Of a stretch of DNA of 26,523 nucleotides, positions 17,368 through 26,523 are shown one piece after another. Position 1 is the first letter of the stretch, and each line of letters opens with the position of its first letter. A model generated the notes under the pieces. That model searched no databases. It was not told the DNA's origin and worked only from the letters and a program-made list of their open reading frames with translations. The position numbers and the translations under genes are program-made. Source of the stretch: Nitrospirota bacterium. Its GTDB lineage: Bacteria > Nitrospirota > Nitrospiria > Nitrospirales > NS-4. The stretch is taken from NCBI GenBank assembly GCA_963788195.1, contig CAWBGA010000018.1, positions 1 through 26,523 on the forward strand, in the 5' to 3' direction.

Positions 17368-18663
17368 ATGTCGGTTGTCTACATTGAGAACTTGTCACAG
17401 CATTCGGATAAAGAAGTAAGTGTGCGCGGCTGGCTACGCCACAAGCGAATCGGCGGCAAGATCGCTTTTCTTGTTGTGCGGGACGGCACCGGCGACATGC
17501 AGGCGGTAGTGAGTAAGGCAGTGGTAGGAGAAGAGATATTCTCGCAGGTCACCAAATTAACGCAGGAATCTTCGGTGATCGTGAGCGGACAGGTTCGCGC
17601 CGACGCCAGAGCGCCGGGGGGATTTGAACTCGACGTCAAGAATATCCGGGTTGTCCAACTCGTGACGGAGGAGTTTCCGATCCAGGCGAAGGAACACGGC
17701 ACGGCGTTTCTCATGGAGAATCGGCATCTCTGGCTGCGCTCGCACCGGCAACATGCCGTTCTTCGTATTCGGCACGAAATTATCAGGGCCTCCCGCAATT
17801 TCTTTGATGAGAGGGGATTTGTTTTGGTTGACACGCCGATCTTCACACCCAACGCCTGCGAAGGAACGACGACCCTGTTTGAGACCGACTATTTTGGCGA
17901 GAAGGCCTACCTTACACAGAGCGGTCAACTCTATAACGAAGCCACGGCGGCTGCCTTCGGTAAAGTCTATTGTTTCGGTCCGACATTTCGTGCCGAAAAA
18001 TCCAAGACCCGTCGTCATCTCATGGAATTTTGGATGATTGAACCTGAAGTCGCGTATGCACAGCTGCAGGACATGATGATCCTGGCCGAAGAGTTTTTAA
18101 GCTTCATTGTCGGCTCGGTTCTTAAAGCGCGAAAAGAGGAACTGAAAGTACTGGAACGAGACATTCACAGGCTTGAAGCTGTGGCGCCTCCATTTCCGCG
18201 ACTGACGTATCATGATGCCGTAGAACGACTCCGTAAGCACGGTAACCCAATCCAACCGGGAGAAGACTTTGGCGGCGATGAAGAGACGATTCTGTCCAAT
18301 GAATTCGACCGGCCCGTTATCATACATAGGTATCCCAAGTCGATTAAGGCCTTTTACATGGAGGAGGATCCGCAAAATTCAGAATTGTCGCTCTGTATGG
18401 ATGTGCTGGCCCCCGAGGGATATGGTGAAATCATCGGCGGCGGACAGAGGATTCATGACTATGACAAGCTTGAAGCGCGCTTGAAAGAGCACCATCTCTC
18501 TGAAGAGTCCTTCAAATGGTATCTGGATTTACGAACATTCGGCTCAGTGCCTCATGCGGGATTCGGGATGGGTATAGAGCGGGCAGTGTCATGGATCTGC
18601 GGTCTCGAACACGTACGCGAAACCATTGCCTTTCCCCGCATGCTCTACCGCATTTACCCCTAG
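17368..18663 (+). CDS. asnS: Asparagine--tRNA ligase
   Basis: OB-fold N-terminus, [40 protein letters not shown] and [11 protein letters not shown] motifs. Confidence 0.96.
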   Translation: MSVVYIENLSQHSDKEVSVRGWLRHKRIGGKIAFLVVRDGTGDMQAVVSKAVVGEEIFSQVTKLTQESSVIVSGQVRADARAPGGFELDVKNIRVVQLVTEEFPIQAKEHGTAFLMENRHLWLRSHRQHAVLRIRHEIIRASRNFFDERGFVLVDTPIFTPNACEGTTTLFETDYFGEKAYLTQSGQLYNEATAAAFGKVYCFGPTFRAEKSKTRRHLMEFWMIEPEVAYAQLQDMMILAEEFLSFIVGSVLKARKEELKVLERDIHRLEAVAPPFPRLTYHDAVERLRKHGNPIQPGEDFGGDEETILSNEFDRPVIIHRYPKSIKAFYMEEDPQNSELSLCMDVLAPEGYGEIIGGGQRIHDYDKLEARLKEHHLSEESFKWYLDLRTFGSVPHAGFGMGIERAVSWICGLEHVRETIAFPRMLYRIYP

Positions 18664-18877
18664 AAAATCCGGCACAGATTTTACCCATCGGACACCTCCT
18701 AGGCCACTATATCCTCTGAACTTGGTGCCTGCGAAGACGGGTACGCCTGCTCTGCCACGGAACAAATAAATCTTCTCCGGACTCTTTTATTCAAGTATAT
18801 TACATGTATATACCTAAGTAATATACAGCACCCATAGCGTTCTTGACGTTTCGCTTGCGCCACACAACTTGACAAAG

Positions 18878-18886
18878 TTATCCACA
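18878..18886 (+). promoter_or_regulatory. Consensus DnaA box
   Basis: Exact TTATCCACA, 54 bp upstream of the dcw -35 element. Confidence 0.55.
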
Positions 18887-18940
18887 GGAAGGAGCGGTGC
18901 TTATACTTTCGATATGTCTAGGTAAATACTGTTTTTAATC

Positions 18941-18968
18941 TTGACATCTTCTTCGGAAAGCCTATACT
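18941..18968 (+). promoter_or_regulatory. Sigma-70 promoter of the dcw cluster
   Basis: TTGACA (18941-18946), 16-bp spacer, TATACT (18963-18968). Confidence 0.7.
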
Positions 18969-18979
18969 CCGAAAAGTTA

Positions 18980-19004
18980 GTGGGTGAAAGTGGGAATGAG
19001 TGGA
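18980..19004 (+). promoter_or_regulatory. MraZ-type operator (three GTGG repeats with 10-bp period)
   Basis: GTGGG tgaaa GTGGG aatga GTGGA at 18980, 18990 and 19000, just downstream of the dcw promoter. Confidence 0.7.
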
Positions 19005-19914
19005 AGGTGAAACTAACCTGCATCGGTCAGTTATGCTCACGGAGGTCCTCGGCTGGCTACAGCCCCGCCCGGGCGCGATCTATCTGGATGGAACGGTCGG
19101 AGAGGGAGGTCACAGCGAAGCAATCTTGCAGGCTTCCAGTCCAACCGGCCGACTGCTGGGATTTGACCGAGACGCCGAGGCAATTGCAGCGGCCCAGCAT
19201 GCGCTGCAATCCTATGCCGGGCGGGCCATGTTGATTCATGCTCCTTACCGAGAAGCAGGGACCGCCCTTCGAGATATGGGCATTGTCTGCGTGGACGGGG
19301 CGCTTCTTGACCTCGGAGTCTCTTCACGGCAGCTCGATACCTCTGCGCGCGGCTTCAGTTTTCAAACCCAAGGCCCACTGGATATGCGGATGAATCTGCG
19401 TGATTCACAGACGGCGGCGGACCTTGTCAACCGTCTGCCCGAGACGGAGCTGGGTCGAATTCTTTACGAGTATGGAGAGGAGCGCTATTCACGGCGGATC
19501 GCGCGCGCGATTATTCGCCGGCGTGAAAGCGGCGCTATTCTCACGACCCTGGCTCTTGTCGATGTGATTCGCAGCGCTGTTCCGCAAGTCTACGTCCACG
19601 GTCGACTCCACTTCGCCACACGAACCTTTCAAGCTCTTCGGATCGCCGTGAACCATGAACTCGAAGAACTTGTGTCATCTGTGGGCATGCTGGCACGCCT
19701 CCTCTGTCCTGGCGGGCGGCTGATCATCCTGTCGTTCCATTCCCTCGAAGACCGGATTGTGAAGCAAGAATTTCGAGAGCTTGGCCGTGATCCCAGCGGC
19801 GAATTTTTGATTCTTACAAAGCGCCCGATCCCATCATCCCGTGAGGAGAGCCTTGCGAACCCAAGAGCGCGAAGCGCCAAGTTGCGGGTGCTTGCACGAA
19901 AGGAGGCGGCATGA
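19000..19914 (+). CDS. rsmH: 16S rRNA m4C1402 methyltransferase
   Basis: HRSVMLTEV, DGTVGEGGHS, DLGVSS, PLDMRM, TRTFQALRIAVN, SFHSLEDRIVK and NPRARSAKLR motifs. Confidence 0.96.
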   Translation: MEGETNLHRSVMLTEVLGWLQPRPGAIYLDGTVGEGGHSEAILQASSPTGRLLGFDRDAEAIAAAQHALQSYAGRAMLIHAPYREAGTALRDMGIVCVDGALLDLGVSSRQLDTSARGFSFQTQGPLDMRMNLRDSQTAADLVNRLPETELGRILYEYGEERYSRRIARAIIRRRESGAILTTLALVDVIRSAVPQVYVHGRLHFATRTFQALRIAVNHELEELVSSVGMLARLLCPGGRLIILSFHSLEDRIVKQEFRELGRDPSGEFLILTKRPIPSSREESLANPRARSAKLRVLARKEAA

Positions 19915-20216
19915 AGGTCCTGATCGGCACATTGCTGTGGGTCCTGGCGCTGGTTGCTGTCTGTGAGAAAGTGGATGTCTACCGCACCGGCTATGCGATT
20001 GAGCAACTGCGCGCGGAGAAAAAGAAGGCGCAGCATGAGCAACGGTCCCTGGAGCTGGAGTTGGCCAGAGTCACTGCGCCCGAGCACATCGAGCGGGTGG
20101 CGGCGACCAAGCTTGGCATGGTGCGACCGCGGTATGATCAGGTCGTATTGGTCGGGCCCCGTCCCAAACCACTGAACCCGGGAGCGCTGCCCGTAGCTCA
20201 TCTTGCCTCACATTGA
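19911..20216 (+). CDS. ftsL: Cell division protein FtsL
   Basis: TM segment, coiled coil and 'IERVA..KLGM..P'. Located between rsmH and ftsI with an ATGA overlap. Confidence 0.85.
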   Translation: MKVLIGTLLWVLALVAVCEKVDVYRTGYAIEQLRAEKKKAQHEQRSLELELARVTAPEHIERVAATKLGMVRPRYDQVVLVGPRPKPLNPGALPVAHLASH

Positions 20217-20229
20217 GGGATTATCGGGT

Positions 20230-22155
20230 ATGATTGAGCCTCGAGAGAGACGAGGGCGCCTCGTCGTCGCCGGCGTGATAATCGGGCTCGGCTTCTTCGT
20301 GGTTCTAGCGCGGCTGTTTCAGGTGCAGGTGATTCAATCCGCAGATCTGAAGCAGAAGGCAGGGCGCCAACATCATAGAGTCCTTACGGTCGAAGGCGGG
20401 CGAGGCACAATCTACGACCGTGGCGGCAAAATTCTCTCTATGAATCTGGATGTGCCTTCCGTCTTCGGAGAACCACGGGTAATCGCAGATACCCAGAAGA
20501 CAGCCGCCCGCTTGGCTGGAGTGCTCCTTGCCGACGTGGGACAGTTGGAAGCCAAACTTAAGACCGGCCGCGGCTTTGTTTGGCTCGAGAGGCGGCTGGC
20601 CCCGGAAAAAGCGGAGCGCTTGCGGGCGTTGTCGCTGCGGGGAATCGGGTGGATCCCCGAGGGGCGTCATTTTTATCCCAACGGTTCATTGCTCGCGCAT
20701 GTATTGGGCTTTGCAAATGTCGACAACGACGGCCTCGAGGGATTGGAGCGACGATATGACGGCCATCTCAGAGGCGAGCGAGGACATTTTATTATCGAGC
20801 AGGACGCCCTCGGAGGCGCGGTGTTTCCCAAGGGGTTGAACTACTCCGCGCCGTCTGCGGGCAAGGATCTCATTCTCACGGTCGACGAGGTCATTCAATA
20901 CATCGCGGAGCAAGAACTTGACCAGGCCGTCACGAAGACGCGGGCAGCGGCCGGCGTAGTGATTGTAAGTAACCCGAAAACCGGCGCTATTCTCGCGTTG
21001 GCCGTGCGGCCGACCTTTGACCCCAATAGCCCCGGCACAGACCCGAGCCTCTGGAGAAACCGGGCCATCGCGGATAACTATGAACCGGGCTCCACATTTA
21101 AGATAGTCACCGCGGCCGCGGCTCTCGAGGAACATCTGTTCTCTCCCGGCGATCTTGTTTACGGCGAAGACGGTAAATATTCCGTAGAAAATACGGTCGT
21201 CCATGATCATCACAAACACGGCTGGATGACTTTTGCTCAGGTCCTTCAAAAGTCGAGCAATATCGGCATCATCAAAGTCGCCCAACGTCTGGGGGCTGCG
21301 AAGCTCGCAGAGTATGTCACCGCCTTCGGCTTCGGTCAAAAGACGGAAGTTGATCTGCACGGCGAAGTTCGAGGATTGACAAAGGAGCAGCAAGACTGGG
21401 GACGTCGTTCCCTTGCTTCCATCTCCATGGGGCAAGAGCTGGGAGTTACGGCCATGCAAATGGTATCGGCCGCGTCAGTGATTGCCAACGGCGGATGGCT
21501 CATGCGCCCCTATCTTGTCTCAGAGATCAAAGGCCCCTTGGGGCATACCCTTACCCAACTGGCACCGACAGTGCGTCGACGTGTGATCTCTCCGAAGACC
21601 TCCGAGTTGATGATTGATATGTTACGAGGGGTCGTGCTTCCCGGGGGCACCGGGACTCTGGCGGCTGTTCCTGGCTACGACGTTGCAGGTAAGACCGGCA
21701 CGGCGCAAAAAATCGATCCGAACACGGGCCGGTATTCAACTACGAAAACCGTTGCGTCGTTTGTCGGCTTTCTTCCTGCTCACGATCCGCTGCTGACAAT
21801 CCTTGTGGTTATAGATGAACCCAAGACGGACCAGTGGGGGGGGACTGTGGCGGCGCCGGTCTTTCAGAGAATCGCGGCCCAATCAGTGAGGCATCTCGGC
21901 ATTGCGCCCTGGGGCGTAGGGGGAGATCCCCTGGCCATGCGAGCCGGCATCGCTTCTGAACCTCGTGATGAAACGACGGGGATGGGAGTGGCGGTAGTAT
22001 TGCACCCGCCCACCCGGGAATCTGCCGAGACAGATTCCTTTTCCCCTGGGCACCCGCCCGCCCTGGAGTCTCATTGCACCCACCCGCCCCAAGCCTGCCA
22101 GGACAGGCTTTTTGCCCGTGGGACAAACTCCTTCTCCCCTGATGGCACGCGGTGA
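20230..22155 (+). CDS. ftsI: Peptidoglycan D,D-transpeptidase FtsI/PBP3 with a repeat-derived C-terminal tail
   Basis: RGTIYDR, GLEGLE, YEPGSTFK (SxxK), SSN and KTGTAQK motifs. About 48 codons near the C-terminus are repeat sequence. Confidence 0.93.
   Translation: MIEPRERRGRLVVAGVIIGLGFFVVLARLFQVQVIQSADLKQKAGRQHHRVLTVEGGRGTIYDRGGKILSMNLDVPSVFGEPRVIADTQKTAARLAGVLLADVGQLEAKLKTGRGFVWLERRLAPEKAERLRALSLRGIGWIPEGRHFYPNGSLLAHVLGFANVDNDGLEGLERRYDGHLRGERGHFIIEQDALGGAVFPKGLNYSAPSAGKDLILTVDEVIQYIAEQELDQAVTKTRAAAGVVIVSNPKTGAILALAVRPTFDPNSPGTDPSLWRNRAIADNYEPGSTFKIVTAAAALEEHLFSPGDLVYGEDGKYSVENTVVHDHHKHGWMTFAQVLQKSSNIGIIKVAQRLGAAKLAEYVTAFGFGQKTEVDLHGEVRGLTKEQQDWGRRSLASISMGQELGVTAMQMVSAASVIANGGWLMRPYLVSEIKGPLGHTLTQLAPTVRRRVISPKTSELMIDMLRGVVLPGGTGTLAAVPGYDVAGKTGTAQKIDPNTGRYSTTKTVASFVGFLPAHDPLLTILVVIDEPKTDQWGGTVAAPVFQRIAAQSVRHLGIAPWGVGGDPLAMRAGIASEPRDETTGMGVAVVLHPPTRESAETDSFSPGHPPALESHCTHPPQACQDRLFARGTNSFSPDGTR
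21998..22141. repeat. Cluster D of the hairpin/G-tract repeat family, inside the ftsI reading frame (C-rich strand = +)
   Basis: Unit 21998-22048 (GGAATCTG CCGAGA CAGATTCC), then an outer unit 22051-22141 containing an inner unit 22072-22120 (AAGCCTG CCAGGA CAGGCTT). Confidence 0.92.
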
Positions 22156-23642
22156 AGCTTTCCGAACTCATGATCACGTTTCCTGAGGCCATCGCACACG
22201 GGAACCTCAATGCCGAGGTAACCGGCCTGACAGACGATTCTCGACACGTCAAGCCGGGCGTGTTGTTTGTAGCGGTCAAGGGCACCAAGTCGGACGGGCA
22301 TTTGTATCTGAAACAGGCGGCGGCGGCCGGTGCGGCGGCTGTGGTCATAGAGTCCGGTCGGGCTGTCCCTGGTCGCTTGGCAGACTTGAATGTCCCGGTA
22401 ATTGAAGCGCCGAATACACGGCGATTCCTGGGCGCCGTGGCAAGCAGTTTTTATGGAAACCCGGCCTCGCGGCTGAGAATGATCGGCATTACCGGCACGA
22501 ACGGAAAAACTACGACCACTTATGTGTGCAAAGCGATCCTCGATTCGGCGGGTCGGCGCACGGGACTCATCGGAACTGTAAGTTACCTGGTAGGAGATGA
22601 GCAGATTCCGGCGACCCATACGACCCCGGGAGCCCTGGAACTGCAGGCCTTGCTGCAGAAGATGTCGGATGGCGGACTAGATACTGTCATTATGGAAGTG
22701 TCTTCGCATGCGCTCGCGTTGGATCGCACGTCGGGGTGCGTGTTCGAGGCCGCAGTGTTTACGAATCTGACGCAGGACCATCTTGATTTTCATGCCGACA
22801 TGGAGGATTACTTCCAGGCGAAGCTCCGACTGTTTACTGGTCTGGACGCAAAGGGTCGCGCCATTGTAAATGCGGACGACCCCTATGGGGCGCGTATCGC
22901 CGCCGGGTCTGCCGCCCCAGTCTGGATGTATGCGATTGACCGGTCTGCTGATATCCGGGCGGAAGCCGTGCGGATTACTTTGGAAGGCGTGGATTTTCTG
23001 GCGCGCACACCTGTGGGGCCGGTGGAAATTCACTCAGGCCTTGTCGGGCGGCACAATGTGTACAACATCCTGGCCGCGATCGGCGTAGGCCTGCAACAGG
23101 ACCTATCGCTCTCGGCCATTGCGCTGGGGATCTCAGGGCTGGTCAATGTGCCTGGCCGTTTTGAAAGGGTCAACGCAGGGCAACCGTTCAGCGTCATTGT
23201 TGATTATGCGCATACCGACGATGCGCTGTATCGGCTCCTATCGACCGCGCAGGCTGTGAAGACTGGACGGGTCATTACCGTATTTGGCTGTGGTGGTGAT
23301 CGGGACCGCGGCAAGCGTCCGAAAATGGGAAGGGTCGCTGCCACCTATAGCGATGTAGTGGTCGTGACGTCCGATAACCCGAGAACGGAAGATCCAGGAG
23401 CGATCATCAGGGACATCGAGCCCGGCGTCAAGGCGGGTCTGAGTGAAACGGGCAGGGGTCGGTACATCATACAGCCCGACCGACGGGAGGCGATTCAAAC
23501 TGCGTTACAAGACGCGCGGGCCGGCGATCTGGTGCTCATCGCAGGCAAAGGGCACGAGGACTATCAGGTGATCGGGACGACGAAACATCCATTTGATGAT
23601 CGAGTCGTGGCGCGAGAAATTCTGCAAGGCTTCAAGAGCTAA
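22152..23642 (+). CDS. murE: UDP-N-acetylmuramoyl-L-alanyl-D-glutamate--2,6-diaminopimelate ligase
   Basis: GITGTNGKTT, MEVSSH, NLTQDHLDFH, DYAHT, DNPR (DAP specificity) and GKGHE motifs. GTGA overlap with the ftsI stop. Confidence 0.97.
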   Translation: MKLSELMITFPEAIAHGNLNAEVTGLTDDSRHVKPGVLFVAVKGTKSDGHLYLKQAAAAGAAAVVIESGRAVPGRLADLNVPVIEAPNTRRFLGAVASSFYGNPASRLRMIGITGTNGKTTTTYVCKAILDSAGRRTGLIGTVSYLVGDEQIPATHTTPGALELQALLQKMSDGGLDTVIMEVSSHALALDRTSGCVFEAAVFTNLTQDHLDFHADMEDYFQAKLRLFTGLDAKGRAIVNADDPYGARIAAGSAAPVWMYAIDRSADIRAEAVRITLEGVDFLARTPVGPVEIHSGLVGRHNVYNILAAIGVGLQQDLSLSAIALGISGLVNVPGRFERVNAGQPFSVIVDYAHTDDALYRLLSTAQAVKTGRVITVFGCGGDRDRGKRPKMGRVAATYSDVVVVTSDNPRTEDPGAIIRDIEPGVKAGLSETGRGRYIIQPDRREAIQTALQDARAGDLVLIAGKGHEDYQVIGTTKHPFDDRVVAREILQGFKS

Positions 23643-23643
23643 G

Positions 23644-25020
23644 GTGGCACTTTTTACCCTTGCACAAGTCGCTGGGATCACGGGGGGTCATATGGCAACG
23701 AATCGACCGGCTGATCTGCGGAAAGCGGTCCGCCGGGTCTGGACCGATTCGCGAACATGTCGCCGAGGTGACCTCTTCGTAGCGCTTCCCGGGCCGCGCT
23801 TCGATGGCCATCATTTTGTACGTGCGGCGCGAAAAAAGGGGGCCGTCGCCGCCGTTCTACAGGGTCCGTCAACCCGTGAGCAGGGCGTGCCCGTGGTATA
23901 CGTAAAAGATACATTGCACGCCTTTCAGGAATTGGCGGCGGCGCACCGACGCCGGTTCACGATTCCCGTTGTGGCCGTCAGTGGCAGCAACGGGAAAACG
24001 ACCACGAAGGAGATGATCGGCCGGGTTCTTTCCGAGCGCTTTAAGACCCTCGTCACGGAGGCCAATTACAATAATCATATCGGTGTTCCCCAGACCTTGC
24101 TTCGGTTAACGGCTCGCCACCAGGCGGCGGTCGTCGAAATGGGAATCAGCGGACTTGGGGAAATGAGCCGCCTCTGTGAGATTGCGGCGCCGACTCACGG
24201 TGTCTTAACTAATATCGGGCCCACCCATCTAGCGACTCTTGGCACGACCGAAACCGTTGCGCGCGCGAAAGGGGAGCTGGTCAAGAGTCTGCCTACGGAC
24301 GGCACCGCGATCCTCAATGCGGACGATCCTTACTTCAAGCAGCTTTCGAGTTGGGCCAACGGCCGTGTGCTCTCCTTCGGGTTTTCCCCGCGCGCGAAGG
24401 TCCGTGCCCTGCGGGTTCGCTCAAAAAACGCCCTGGCATCGACCGTGTTTGTGAAGGTTCCGGGGCGAGGCTCCTTCAGCATCAACCTGCGTGTGGCGGG
24501 GCGCCATAATATCGCGAACGCGCTGGCAGCGGTGGCTGCCGGGACGGCCCTGGGGGTGGGAGTCAAGAGGATCCAAGCCGGGCTGGCTCGCTACCGGGCG
24601 GGCGCCATGCGATCCGAAGTCCTTCGCAGGCGGGGGATCACGATCCTGAACGATTGTTACAATGCCAACCCGACCTCGGTTCGAGCGGCGCTCGAATGGT
24701 TACGGGAGATGAAAGGGGCTGGCCGCAGTTTCGCCGTCCTCGGCGAGATGCTCGAGTTAGGGGAACGAGAGGCAGCGATCCATCACGAGTTGGGACGGAC
24801 GGTGGCTGCCGGCGCGGATTACCTGTTGACAATGGGAACGCTGGGAGCCGACCTCGCTGCAGGCGCGCTCGCGGGGGGCATGAGCCGTGATCATGTGGTG
24901 CTGTCAAATAAGCATGAGGAGCTGGGCATGCGACTCCGGGAACTTCTTCGAGCAGGGGACGTCATTCTCTTAAAAGGCTCGCGCGCCGCCAGAATGGAAC
25001 GCGTGTTGGAACAACTGTGA
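23644..25020 (+). CDS. murF: UDP-N-acetylmuramoyl-tripeptide--D-alanyl-D-alanine ligase
   Basis: [29 protein letters not shown] and LKGSR motifs. GTG start 1 bp after the murE stop. Confidence 0.96.
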   Translation: MALFTLAQVAGITGGHMATNRPADLRKAVRRVWTDSRTCRRGDLFVALPGPRFDGHHFVRAARKKGAVAAVLQGPSTREQGVPVVYVKDTLHAFQELAAAHRRRFTIPVVAVSGSNGKTTTKEMIGRVLSERFKTLVTEANYNNHIGVPQTLLRLTARHQAAVVEMGISGLGEMSRLCEIAAPTHGVLTNIGPTHLATLGTTETVARAKGELVKSLPTDGTAILNADDPYFKQLSSWANGRVLSFGFSPRAKVRALRVRSKNALASTVFVKVPGRGSFSINLRVAGRHNIANALAAVAAGTALGVGVKRIQAGLARYRAGAMRSEVLRRRGITILNDCYNANPTSVRAALEWLREMKGAGRSFAVLGEMLELGEREAAIHHELGRTVAAGADYLLTMGTLGADLAAGALAGGMSRDHVVLSNKHEELGMRLRELLRAGDVILLKGSRAARMERVLEQL

Positions 25021-25042
25021 TGAGGGACGCGAGGGGCGAATA

Positions 25043-26119
25043 ATGCTCTATCTCCTGCTGTATCCGCTCCATACCCAATTCTCCATCTTCAACGTCTTTC
25101 GTTATCTGAGTTTTCGCATTATCTACGCCGCGATCACCGCCTTTTTGATTGCGTTTGTCCTGGCGCCTCCACTCATCCGGCAACTGCAAAGTTATGGAAT
25201 CGGGCAGAAGATCCGTGACGACGGTCCGAGCCACCACCAGGTGAAAGGTGGCACGCCCACGATGGGCGGCATCCTAATACTCTTTGCCGTGGTGATGTCG
25301 ACTCTGCTGTGGACTGATTTGACGACCCCGTATGTGTGGCTCGCCGTGTCCGCCATGGTAGGTTTCGGCGCAATCGGTCTCTTGGATGACTATTTGAAAT
25401 ATTCCCGTGGCAGGAACCAAGGATTGACGGCTCTGCAGAAGATCCTAGCGCAGGTAGGAGTGGCTCTGGCCATCAGCGGCGTATTGTATTTCCTGCCGGC
25501 GTATTCCACTAAACTCAGCGTGCCTTTCTTCAAGGCATTCACTCCTGACCTCGGCCCTCTTTACATTCTGTTTGCGGTGCTTGTGATCGTGGGCGCGTCC
25601 AATGCAGTCAATCTCACGGACGGCCTGGATGGCCTGGCGATCGGTCCAGTGGTGATCGCGTCCATGGCCTATACCATTGTCGCCTATATGGCGGGGAACC
25701 GAATCTTCTCCGACTACCTCTTAATTCCTTATATCGAAGGAGCCGGCGAACTCGCGGTCTTCACGGGAGCTATTTTCGGCGCGAGCCTGGGCTTTCTGTG
25801 GTTCAACACATACCCCGCCTCAGTCTTCATGGGCGATGTCGGTTCGCTGCCATTGGGAGCGGCCCTTGGGACCGTCGCGGTCATTAGCAAGCAGGAGTTG
25901 CTCCTCATTCTGGTCGGGGGTGTCTTCGTGATCGAAGCCTTGTCGGTCATTTTTCAGGTCCTCTCCTACAAGTCCCGGGGCAAGCGGGTCTTCCTGATGG
26001 CTCCGATTCATCATCATTTCGAGCTGAAGGGCTGGGAAGAGCCCAAAGTCGTGGTCCGACTCTGGATCCTCGCTGTCCTGTTGGCGCTCTTCAGTTTGAG
26101 CACTTTGAAGTTGCGATGA
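25043..26119 (+). CDS. mraY: Phospho-N-acetylmuramoyl-pentapeptide transferase
   Basis: [29 protein letters not shown] and MAPIHHHFE motifs. Confidence 0.97.
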   Translation: MLYLLLYPLHTQFSIFNVFRYLSFRIIYAAITAFLIAFVLAPPLIRQLQSYGIGQKIRDDGPSHHQVKGGTPTMGGILILFAVVMSTLLWTDLTTPYVWLAVSAMVGFGAIGLLDDYLKYSRGRNQGLTALQKILAQVGVALAISGVLYFLPAYSTKLSVPFFKAFTPDLGPLYILFAVLVIVGASNAVNLTDGLDGLAIGPVVIASMAYTIVAYMAGNRIFSDYLLIPYIEGAGELAVFTGAIFGASLGFLWFNTYPASVFMGDVGSLPLGAALGTVAVISKQELLLILVGGVFVIEALSVIFQVLSYKSRGKRVFLMAPIHHHFELKGWEEPKVVVRLWILAVLLALFSLSTLKLR

Positions 26120-26523
26120 GAGCAGCCATGAACGACAGGCTTCATCTAGAGCTGCAGGGAAAGCGGGTGACGGTTATCGGCCTCGGCCGAAGCGGACAGT
26201 CTGCTCTCAGGTTGCTGACCGCTCTGGGGGCCCACGTCGTCGTTGCCGACCAGAAGCCGGCTTCAGAACTGGCGGCAATCATGACCGAACTCACAGAAAT
26301 CCCCGTCGAAGTGTTTGGTGATGGTCAGTATGAGCAGGCCTTGCAGGGATCGGATCTGGTGCTCCTCAGCCCGGCGTGCCGATGGCACTGGCCCCGCTGA
26401 AACAAGCTCTTCATGCGGGCATCCGGGTCATCGGCGAACTCGAATTGGCGTCCCGCTATCTTTCCGGCCGGCTCATCGCCATTACGGGGACGAATGGCAA
26501 AAGCACCACCATCACCTTGGTCG
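26116..26523 (+). CDS. murD: UDP-N-acetylmuramoyl-L-alanine--D-glutamate ligase, 5' part (runs off the window; 1-nt deletion at about 26370-26373)
   Basis: VIGLGRSG and LVLLSP in the first frame. Adding one base at agcCCggc restores SPGVP...IGELELA...[12 protein letters not shown]. Confidence 0.92.

Noticed and set aside
18727..18755. gcctg-cgaaga-cgggt after asnS as a further repeat unit
   Set aside because: The loop is similar but the stem is imperfect and the flanking tracts are absent. At most a decayed remnant.
18760..18940. Replication origin (AT-rich patch plus DnaA box)
   Set aside because: Only one clear DnaA box, and no dnaA, dnaN, gidA or parAB context.
321..26017. Numerous antisense or overlapping ORFs in the six-frame track (for example 20686-21459, 1528-2091, 5796-6275)
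   Set aside because: Shadow ORFs of well-supported genes in GC-rich DNA, with no independent motifs.

Overview
Ordinary bacterial chromosomal window, roughly 58-60% GC by eye. Gene content suggests Nitrospirota (Nitrospira-like), which is inference only. Gene order: DUF58 (partial) and TgpA-type transglutaminase; ABM-domain protein (-); nfeD-SPFH-ktrB-ktrA; sigma-70 factor, HtrA-like protease (frameshifted), lipB, hypothetical, glutamate dehydrogenase, three hypotheticals; DD-carboxypeptidase, CxxC mini-protein, small membrane protein and FG-GAP lipoprotein (all -); asnS; then a dcw cluster (rsmH-ftsL-ftsI-murE-murF-mraY-murD) with no mraZ in front of it. The unusual content is a ~50-bp dispersed repeat family with about 14 full units plus fragments in 4 clusters (2500-2632, 7321-7956, 16810-17273, 21998-22141). 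Its hairpin stem sequence differs between copies but stays complementary. The loop (TCNNGG), an A-rich linker and four GGG tracts are conserved, which fits a G-quadruplex carrying a hairpin in one loop. Units sit inside the loops of other units at the same position at three loci, and one composite is read in-frame as the C-terminus of FtsI. No transposase, RNA gene or CRISPR array is visible.
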